A DNA stretch of 64,000 bases from Hirschia sp. (GTDB lineage: Bacteria; Pseudomonadota; Alphaproteobacteria; Caulobacterales; Hyphomonadaceae), in the NCBI GenBank assembly GCA_002709235.1, contig PAQI01000010.1, forward strand, positions 200,278-264,277. The letters run 5' to 3'. Position numbers and translations under genes: made by a program. This document shows, one piece after another, positions 48,301 to 54,984 of this stretch. The notes under the pieces were generated by a model. The model worked only from the letters and a program-made list of their open reading frames with translations. It was not told the origin of the DNA and did no database searches. Positions within the stretch are counted from its first letter, which is position 1. The number at the start of each line of letters is the position of its first letter.

Positions 48301-51081
48301 GCAGGTGACGTGGTTGAGCTCGTCGGTACCAAGGACAATTTCGAGGAGGTCCGCATCGACAAGCTGGCCTTCGCTCCTACCGGCGAACTGTCGACACCAA
48401 CTCCAACCCCCACGCCAACACCTACGCCGACTCCAACGCCAACCGGCGAGGCAATCTCGATCGAAGCTGAAGACATGGTGCTCAATGGCTATGTCATCGA
48501 AACCCATGCAGCAGCCTCGGGCGGCGAATATGCCGGCCTGTTCAATGGCTCGGTTGAAGGTTCGCCAACAACCGGAACCATGTCTTACACCTGGACGGGC
48601 GGAAATGGCACGTTCGACCTTGACCTTGCAGTCTTCGACGAAGCGGATGGTCAGTCTCCTCTGGAAATCCGCGTCGATGGTGTGCTTGTGGCAACGATCG
48701 TCATGAACGCCGACACGGGTTCCAACGCGGCCAGCGCAGCCAGCCTGATCACCTACACGGTGGAAGGCCTGGAGATCCAGAACGGCGACGTCATCGAGAT
48801 CACGGGTTCCCGTAACAACGCTGAATGGGCCCGCGTCGACAAGCTGACCTTCACACCGGTTGGCGAAACCACGCCGACACCAACCCCAACTCCCACCAAT
48901 ACACCTCCAGAAGGTGACATTGATGATGTGGATGCGGTTGTGGGCTCGCCGGTCGTGATCGATCTGGATGCTCAGTTCAGTGATCTGGACAATGATGACC
49001 TGACCTATTCGCTCTCCGGTTCAGGCGCATCCATTGCCACGCTGAACGGCTCCAATCTGACGCTTGATCCTTCGTCCGCGGGTACCTACACGATTACCAT
49101 CACGGCCAATGACGGTTCGGACAACAGTTCGCCCGTCACCTTCACGGTGAGCGCAACGGATCCTGTCGTGACGACCGGCCCGATCGTGCTGGAAGCCGAA
49201 GACATTATTGCTTCTGGTTTCATCGTGGAAAACTCGAACCCTGCATCGGGCAATCAAGTGGCCTCGCTGCTGAATTCCGGCGCAACCACAGGCACGCTCA
49301 GCTACACCTTCGCAGGTGCAGATGGCGATTATGACCTGACATTGGCGGCGTTCGATGAGAGCGATGGCAATTCTACAGTGTTGATCCGTGTGAACGGTTC
49401 TACCGCCGCGACCATCAACTTGGATGGAAACACCAGTTCCGGCGGCATGAGCTCTGGAAACCTGCTCGACTTCACGGTCTCCGGACTGGCGCTGTCGACG
49501 GGAGATCTCGTTGAAATCGTGGGTAGCCAGAACGCTGATGAGTGGGTGCGTCTCGACACCGTGACCTTCACACCTCTGGATACCACCCCAACACCAACTC
49601 CAACCCCGACGCCAACTCCCACACCGACGCCAACGCCGACCTCTTCAGTCGATATCGGGGTGGGAACAACGCAAGCGGAAGTGCTGGAATTGTCCGGTGG
49701 TTACCAGACAGAAAACAAGACCAATTACACAAATGGTGCAGGTATCCTGAACCTGGCCAATATTGGTGAAACGGCCACGGCTTCGGGTGCTTTTACGGGT
49801 AATTCAGGTGCCTATGACATCACCGTCACCTATCTGGATGAAAGCGACGGTGAGGCCAGCTGGTCATTGCTCGTCAACGGTGTTGCGGTGGATAGCTGGA
49901 ATGGTACAGGCGGCTCCAACGCCACCGGTACACCAACAGAACGCTCCATCCTTGTCGATCTGGACCCAGGCGATGTCGTGACCGTCAGCGGTACACGCAA
50001 CGACAATGGCGAAATGGCGCGCATCGACAAGATCAACATCCAGGCACAGCAAGTCCCTGGTCTGATCTCTACCGATGTCGACTACTTCGTCTTTGCCGGT
50101 CAATCGAATGCAGAACGCCACTTCTACCGTGCGAGCGGCGACAACAGCACGGGTGATCTGGGGGCTGATGTCTTCGAGCAGACCATCACAAACCTGACAG
50201 GCTACAACACAACTGCAATCGAAGCGGCCAAGGGTGGTTCCGGGTCGAACGAAAATGCAGACCCTGACAGCTATTGGTGGAACCTGGCCACGGACCAGCC
50301 AGGTCCTGAGCTGATCGCAGCGATCAACACGATCAATGCGACGCTCGGAGCCGGTAAGGATATCGATGGTATCATCTGGTCTCAGGGTGAAGATGATGCC
50401 CGCGCCATGACCAGCGCCAGCGGTAATGCCGAGCAGGTGATTGCGGACCTCAAGACAGCCACGACCAAGGTGTTTGAATATTTCTGGTCGATCTATGGCG
50501 AGGATGTTCCGATCTTCATCCAGGAAATCGGTGATTTCCCGGAAGGTTCAGGCTTCTATTCCGATGGTCCCGTCGGTGCCCTTGAACTGGTTCGGCAGGC
50601 CCAGCAGGAACTGATTGCAGAACTGGACAATGTCTATTTCGGTGCAAGCACTGACGGTGTTGAGCAGTTTGGTGACATTCACTTCTCCGTCGCCGGATAT
50701 GGCGATATCGCAGAAGATCTCGCTGACTCTGTTGTCGACTACCTCACGCCGGGTTCCTCCACCTCGTCCATGCAGTCATTTGCAAGAGTGGCAGAACCCA
50801 CGTCAGAGAGCGCCGAGCAATCAGAATCGACGTCATCTTCTGATGGTGGACATGGTGAGTTTGCCTATATGGGAGGGGCCGGAACCGATGGGTTCCTGCT
50901 GACCAACACCAATGCGTTCGACACGCTTCCGGTATTCGTGCCGAAGACTCAGGTCGCTGAATCGCCCGATCTGGGCGGTGGGGGCGCAATGACGTTCACG
51001 CCGATGGCTGACATTTTCAGCGCAGAAGGCATGGATTTCGATCTGGGTGGAAGCCAGAACGACGACTGGTACATCATCTGA
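45325..51081 (+). CDS. Giant secreted repeat protein with novel beta-module repeats, cadherin-like domains and a C-terminal SASA/DUF303-type SGNH carbohydrate esterase domain
   Basis: The 1918 aa protein may start at ATG 45358 (MSEIADIG). It is built from two module types (an A-type like gene 1 and a B-type, LSGGYxxEN...G.FTG..G.YD.TV.Y.DESDGE....L.NG.AVDSW.GTGG...ARID.I.I) plus cadherin-like domains and PT linkers. The C-terminus (about 50050-50760) carries the GQSN, IIWSQGEDDA and DIHFS motifs of a sialate-O-acetylesterase-like SGNH hydrolase. After that comes a Ser-rich linker and a ~100 aa terminal domain homologous to that of gene 1. Confidence 0.85.
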   Translation: MSHCGTWRYIGMSEIADIGTGLTEVETLTLSGSYEVETVTGASGGAVVQTLSDVSAGQAIGIFNGAAGTYEFTINYIDGANGASDIVVLVNGGAVHSWAANGTAGAASEVFQLELSPGDEISISGVKDGDDLARLDSINLSPVGTMTEPASFTIEAEDIIGAGYVVETSTKASGGKLASLFDGSTANSATSGTLSYTFDQTAGIYDLDLTVFDESDGASTIDVRVNGELITTFTLDAPTSSAGVSNNSRLVYSAEGLELQAGDLIELTGNQDSGEWARIDKLDFVAIEGIMTSEPTTTELPSSETASSGPTPTSSALAAGDLIIGLNEAEDMLLSGGYTVENSAIYANGQGVQNADVGQTVGTIEGTFTGAAGDYELTVAYYDESDGEADYILLINGSAVDSWSGTGGTSIEGDRVERTISVTLTGNDTIEIATHRNDNGELARIDSIAIESASTTPTPTPTPTPTPTPTPAPTPTGEPVVVQAEDIISGAGYVVETHNAAAGGEFASLFNGTVANSASSGKLSHTWTGDTGTYELVLDVFDEADGNSTLEVRVNGVLIDTVTMDTNTNVNGYNANNLISYTVEGLSLTSGDVVEITGNRENAEWARVDQLTFNPVDTGTPTPTPTPTPTPTPTNTPPEGDINDVNAVVGTPVTIDLDSQFSDLDDDALTYVLSGSGASVATLNGSTLTIDPSAAGNYTLTITANDGTDDSAPVTFTVSATSPTPTSGPIILEAEDMISNGFVIENTSVASEGQVASLLNSGGTTGTLSHTFAGSAGTYDLTVAAFDENDGAATIDVRVNGVLIDTISMDNNTSSGGLKSSNLLDFTVSGLELEAGDVVELIGHQNSGEWVRIDTVTFEGVAGSPTPTPTPTPTPTPTPTPTPLPEPFEVEAESIISSGFIVENTGLASDGKVASLYNSGATQGTLAYTFAGGDAVYTLTLSAFDENDGAATIDILVNDELVATVDMDGATSAGYMTSGTLKQFEIPGLELRAGDVVELVGTKDNFEEVRIDKLAFAPTGELSTPTPTPTPTPTPTPTPTGEAISIEAEDMVLNGYVIETHAAASGGEYAGLFNGSVEGSPTTGTMSYTWTGGNGTFDLDLAVFDEADGQSPLEIRVDGVLVATIVMNADTGSNAASAASLITYTVEGLEIQNGDVIEITGSRNNAEWARVDKLTFTPVGETTPTPTPTPTNTPPEGDIDDVDAVVGSPVVIDLDAQFSDLDNDDLTYSLSGSGASIATLNGSNLTLDPSSAGTYTITITANDGSDNSSPVTFTVSATDPVVTTGPIVLEAEDIIASGFIVENSNPASGNQVASLLNSGATTGTLSYTFAGADGDYDLTLAAFDESDGNSTVLIRVNGSTAATINLDGNTSSGGMSSGNLLDFTVSGLALSTGDLVEIVGSQNADEWVRLDTVTFTPLDTTPTPTPTPTPTPTPTPTPTSSVDIGVGTTQAEVLELSGGYQTENKTNYTNGAGILNLANIGETATASGAFTGNSGAYDITVTYLDESDGEASWSLLVNGVAVDSWNGTGGSNATGTPTERSILVDLDPGDVVTVSGTRNDNGEMARIDKINIQAQQVPGLISTDVDYFVFAGQSNAERHFYRASGDNSTGDLGADVFEQTITNLTGYNTTAIEAAKGGSGSNENADPDSYWWNLATDQPGPELIAAINTINATLGAGKDIDGIIWSQGEDDARAMTSASGNAEQVIADLKTATTKVFEYFWSIYGEDVPIFIQEIGDFPEGSGFYSDGPVGALELVRQAQQELIAELDNVYFGASTDGVEQFGDIHFSVAGYGDIAEDLADSVVDYLTPGSSTSSMQSFARVAEPTSESAEQSESTSSSDGGHGEFAYMGGAGTDGFLLTNTNAFDTLPVFVPKTQVAESPDLGGGGAMTFTPMADIFSAEGMDFDLGGSQNDDWYII
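46687..46752 (+). repeat. Pro-Thr linker-encoding microsatellite-like tract (ACNCCN)n
   Basis: The tract acaccaacaccaacgccgactcccacgcctacgcctacaccgaccccagcgcctacaccgaca encodes TPTPTPTPTPTPTPAPTPT. Similar tracts occur at about 47170-47225, 47918-47973, 48395-48445, 48870-48900 and 49590-49645, and in gene 1 (for example 44290-44350). Confidence 0.8.
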
Positions 51082-51122
51082 TTGCAACAGCACTGAACAA
51101 TCGTTCAGGCAAAATGACCATG

Positions 51123-51157
51123 AAGGCGGCGGGTATTATGCTCGCCGCCTTCTTTTT
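51123..51157 (+). terminator. Rho-independent terminator after giant gene 2
   Basis: The hairpin aaggcggcg / ggtattatgct / cgccgcctt is followed by ctttttgcgtttt. Confidence 0.55.
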
Positions 51158-51313
51158 GCGTTTTGGGGCTGACAGTTAACCACATTGAGATTAAACGAGC
51201 GGGCCCGGACAAAGCTTGTCCATGGGGGGCTGACCTTCATGGACTGTGCGGCGCTCTCCCTGGGGGGCAGAGCGTCGCACCCTGGTCCGCCGTTGAATTT
51301 TAAGTGGCATTGC

Positions 51314-52030
51314 ATGACTCATTACGACATCGCCGCGCTTGCATGGTTTCTCATCACATGGCGGCTATATGCCTGGAGCACTGATGACAGTCGCTGGTCC
51401 AAGCTGACCTTGTCATACGCAATGCATGAGGAGCGTCGTCGCTGGATGCTGGCAATGGCGCGGCGTCCTGTCAGGATACTTGATGGCAACATCATTTCCG
51501 GCCTTCAGAATTCAACCAGCTTTTTCGCATCCACCGCATTGCTGGGAATTGGTGCGGGCTTTGGTCTGATCTCGGCCTCGGACGAACTGATCCGGGCGAT
51601 GGAAACATCTGCCGTTCATCTGACGGTGAATACTGAAAGTTTCTATCTCAAAGTGCTCGTGCTCATGGGGCTGTTCGCCTATGCGTTCTTCAAGTTCGGC
51701 TGGTCCTACCGATTGTTCAATTATGCGGCGATCATGATGGCCGCGTCGCCAGAGGCCGGAGAGCCGGAAGCTGAAGAAAAGGCGCTCGTCGCGGCCGAGA
51801 TGAACATCTCTGCATCCAAACAGTTCAATTATGGCTTGCGCTCGTTCTTCATGACCATTCCGGTACTCGCCTGGTTTGTCGGTGCGTTGGCGTTTGCATT
51901 TGTCACGACAATGGTGATCGGCGCATTGGCGCATCGCCAGTTCTGGTCAAAACCGCGATCCATTGCCCGCGACGCCATTTTCGACACGCCGCAGCAAGCC
52001 TCAGCACGCAAAGATGACAAAACCGCCTAG
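51314..52030 (+). CDS. DUF599 domain membrane protein
   Basis: The 238 aa protein is taken from ATG 51314 (MTHYDIAALAWFLITWRLYAW). It has 4 TM helices and a DUF599-like topology. Confidence 0.55.
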   Translation: MTHYDIAALAWFLITWRLYAWSTDDSRWSKLTLSYAMHEERRRWMLAMARRPVRILDGNIISGLQNSTSFFASTALLGIGAGFGLISASDELIRAMETSAVHLTVNTESFYLKVLVLMGLFAYAFFKFGWSYRLFNYAAIMMAASPEAGEPEAEEKALVAAEMNISASKQFNYGLRSFFMTIPVLAWFVGALAFAFVTTMVIGALAHRQFWSKPRSIARDAIFDTPQQASARKDDKTA

Positions 52031-52039
52031 ATCACAGTT

Positions 52040-52267
52040 TCAGAAGCGAAAAGGGCTCTTGCCCGGTCCGGTCTCAAAACCTGCCAGGTTCATCAGATGG
52101 GCCACGATCAGCAGGCTGAAGACGACCGGAATGAACGACAATAATCGCCACGGCACCATTCGCGGTTCGGGTGTGTCATTGGGCTTTCCGGCCTTCCAGC
52201 TACAGAACTGGAACCCGGCAACACCAAGAGCGATGCCGATAATACTCAGCACGATTTCGACGATCAT
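52040..52267 (-). CDS. Small two-TM membrane protein (hypothetical)
   Basis: The 75 aa protein has two hydrophobic helices. Its start overlaps the stop of the upstream GT2 gene by 4 nt (ATGA-type coupling). Confidence 0.35.
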   Translation of the reverse strand: MIVEIVLSIIGIALGVAGFQFCSWKAGKPNDTPEPRMVPWRLLSFIPVVFSLLIVAHLMNLAGFETGPGKSPFRF

Positions 52268-53739
52268 TCTGCGTGCAGACCTTCAAGATTTACCGGCGGT
52301 CGGCTGAGCCCGTGCCGCGTCTTCGCCCATTCATGTGGTCTTGATCGCATCTCCCACAAGGCCCTCATTGCAGCAATTGATTGAAGCGGCCAATAAAACG
52401 GCATGGTCAACAGGGTAGACAGGCTCAGGTCACGACACAATTGACCGCGCAATCCGACGACAGCAGCCATCGCGGCCGACAGATAGCCAGCCGACAACAA
52501 TCCCAGATAGATAAGCGTTTTCACCCCCTCGGGATGGAAGCAATGCCAGATCGTCCAGAGCAGCAAAGGCCCATGAAGGAATGACGCCACTAGCGACAGC
52601 GTGAAGGTCAGTTGCAAACCAATGAATCGGCTCACACCAATGGCGCGCATCTGGGTGAGGGGATCACGCATTATCACCAGCCAGGTCTGCAAATGTCCCT
52701 TGATCCAGCGTGAGCGCTGTTTCAGCCATTGGCCCAGTTCAACTGGCGCTTCTTCCAGAGTGACCGAGGGGATCATCGCTGATGAATATCCACCCGCCGC
52801 AAGTCGGAAGCCAAGGTCTGCGTCCTCGGTGACATTATAGGGATCCCATCCGCCAGCCGCGCGCAGTTTGGCGGCATCGAAATGATTGGAAGTTCCCCCC
52901 AGGCTCAGCGGCCAGCCCAGATCCGCGATGAAAGGCAACCAGACCTTGAACTGGATATTGTATTCCAGCGTGAACTGGCCAGCGATCCAGCTGGCATCCC
53001 GGTTATAGGGGGCCAGCTCGGCCTGCACCACTGCCAGCGTGTCATCACCATATGCAAACGCTTCCGCTGCATGTCGCAATTGTTGCGGATCAGGCAGGTC
53101 CTCGGCGTCGTAGACCGAGATGATGTCGCCAGTCGCGAGGCTCAGTCCGTAATTGAGCGCACGCGGTTTGGTGCGGGGCAGTGCATGAGGCAGGGCTATG
53201 ATATCGAAATCGAGCAGGTGTCGGCATCGGCACAATTCGCGGATCGTCTCGGTATCATCAGCTTCGACAAGATAGAGCACCTGCAATTTCTCCGCAGGGT
53301 AATCCAGCCTTGACAGCGCGCGGACAGATTGGCGCGCAACTTCCGCTTCCTTGTATAGAGGCGCGAGCAGGGTGAAGTGCGGCAGGTCATGATCTGCCAG
53401 ACTTGGCTCAGGCGGTGTATCGTCACGTAGCAGCGAGGCCAGGGCTGCAATCAGGCGCAAGCTGATATTGACGGCAAACAGAGCGGAGGTCGTGGCCACC
53501 ATGGCCAGTGCGACGGCTTGCGGGCAGATCATGAGAAACAGGCATAGCGCACCCAGAACCGCGTGAACGCCTGACCTTTGTGAGGATGTCAGCCCATGCG
53601 CTGCACTGGCATCTTCATTGGTTTCAGCCAGCAATCGGCTCGCATTGAAAAGTCTGTGTGCACGCGCGACATCAGCCTGCACAGTGTCAACGTCTTGTCT
53701 TACTGGATCGACGCTGAACGCGCGTCCTCCATCGGCCAT
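52264..53739 (-). CDS. Family-2 glycosyltransferase, membrane-integrated (processive beta-glycosyltransferase-like)
   Basis: The GT-A motifs are DAED (DxD) and QRSRWIKG (QxxRW). TM helices flank the catalytic domain, as in PgaC/BcsA/NdvC-type synthases. Confidence 0.78.
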   Translation of the reverse strand: MADGGRAFSVDPVRQDVDTVQADVARAHRLFNASRLLAETNEDASAAHGLTSSQRSGVHAVLGALCLFLMICPQAVALAMVATTSALFAVNISLRLIAALASLLRDDTPPEPSLADHDLPHFTLLAPLYKEAEVARQSVRALSRLDYPAEKLQVLYLVEADDTETIRELCRCRHLLDFDIIALPHALPRTKPRALNYGLSLATGDIISVYDAEDLPDPQQLRHAAEAFAYGDDTLAVVQAELAPYNRDASWIAGQFTLEYNIQFKVWLPFIADLGWPLSLGGTSNHFDAAKLRAAGGWDPYNVTEDADLGFRLAAGGYSSAMIPSVTLEEAPVELGQWLKQRSRWIKGHLQTWLVIMRDPLTQMRAIGVSRFIGLQLTFTLSLVASFLHGPLLLWTIWHCFHPEGVKTLIYLGLLSAGYLSAAMAAVVGLRGQLCRDLSLSTLLTMPFYWPLQSIAAMRALWEMRSRPHEWAKTRHGLSRPPVNLEGLHAE

Positions 53740-53861
53740 ATGTCATTGCCCCATCAGTCCTGTGGAAAACTTAACCAGCGTAATCATGAGCAAACAAGTC
53801 GATATATCGCTTCTGGCGAATCATCATTGCCAATTCGCGAGTGACACGTAATTGAAGGCGG

Positions 53862-54890
53862 ATGAACTTTCTCTCTGATACCGCTGCGCCAGCCCATCCG
53901 TCCGTGCTTGAAGCCTTGATGGAGGCAAATACGGGGTCTGCATCCAGCTATGGTTCAGATCCCTGGACCTTGGCGGCACGCAACGCCCTGTGTGAATTGT
54001 TCGAGACTGATCTTGAAGTCTGGTTCGTGTCTTCAGGAACGGCTGCGAACGCCCTGGCACTCAGCGTCATGTGCAAGCCGGATGAAGCCATTCTCTGCCA
54101 TCGGGAAGCCCACATTCATTGCGATGAGCGCGGGGCACCTGAATTTTTCACCGCTGGTGCCAAATTGAGACTGCTCGATGGCACCAATGGCCAGATCACG
54201 CCAGACAAGCTGCTGAACCAGCTGGATAGGGAAAATCCGAGCCATGTACATGAAACCCCGTCAACTGTTCTGTCCCTGACCAATCTGACGGAATGCGGCA
54301 CATCCTATCAGGCACAGCAGATAGCGGATCTTGGCCGGGTCGCATCCGATCGGCGATTGCGCGTTCATCTGGATGGTGCACGTCTGGTCAACGCGCTTGC
54401 GCACACAGGTGACAGTCCCGCAGATGCAAGCTGGCGTGCAGGGGTCGATGTTCTGACATTCGGCATGACCAAGACGGGTGCGATGGGATGTGAGGCCATT
54501 ATTCTATTTGGTGACATGAAAGATCGTTTTTCGAGCCTGCTGGTTAATGCCAAACGGGGTGGGCACATGCCTCCCAAACAGCGCTATTTGGCAGCACAGA
54601 TGTCAGCCATGCTTGATGGCGGTTTGTGGAGGCGATTGGCGCAGATCGCCAATGAGCATGCCGCGCAACTGGCCCAGATACTCATAAACAAGGGAGAAGG
54701 GTGCTTGCGCCACCCGGTCGAGGGCAATGAGATTTTCATCGAACTGCCAGATAAGACAGCGAATATTTTGCATAATGCCGGGGTGGGGTTTTGTTCCTGG
54801 CCCTTTGGTGGATATCGCTTTGTCTGCAGCTGGAACACGACGCAGACGGACCTTGATGCCATAAGCAAGCTGTTCGAGACGGCACCTTGA
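53862..54890 (+). CDS. ltaE: Low-specificity L-threonine aldolase
   Basis: The 342 aa protein has a beta-eliminating lyase/threonine aldolase fold. The PLP-Lys region is MTKTGAMGCEAIILFGD. Confidence 0.8.
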   Translation: MNFLSDTAAPAHPSVLEALMEANTGSASSYGSDPWTLAARNALCELFETDLEVWFVSSGTAANALALSVMCKPDEAILCHREAHIHCDERGAPEFFTAGAKLRLLDGTNGQITPDKLLNQLDRENPSHVHETPSTVLSLTNLTECGTSYQAQQIADLGRVASDRRLRVHLDGARLVNALAHTGDSPADASWRAGVDVLTFGMTKTGAMGCEAIILFGDMKDRFSSLLVNAKRGGHMPPKQRYLAAQMSAMLDGGLWRRLAQIANEHAAQLAQILINKGEGCLRHPVEGNEIFIELPDKTANILHNAGVGFCSWPFGGYRFVCSWNTTQTDLDAISKLFETAP

Positions 54891-54984
54891 AGCGGCGGGT
54901 TCCAGCCCGGCATAGTTAACAAGAACGCGCAAATTCAAGATCAGACTTCACGCTATCTGCAGACATCTGTGACAGGTTTCGCTG

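Noticed and set aside
46687-49645. Periodic short tandem DNA repeats that could superficially resemble a CRISPR array or VNTR
   Set aside because: They are in-frame (ACN CCN)n tracts encoding Pro-Thr linkers within the giant CDS. There are no direct-repeat/spacer alternation and no cas genes.
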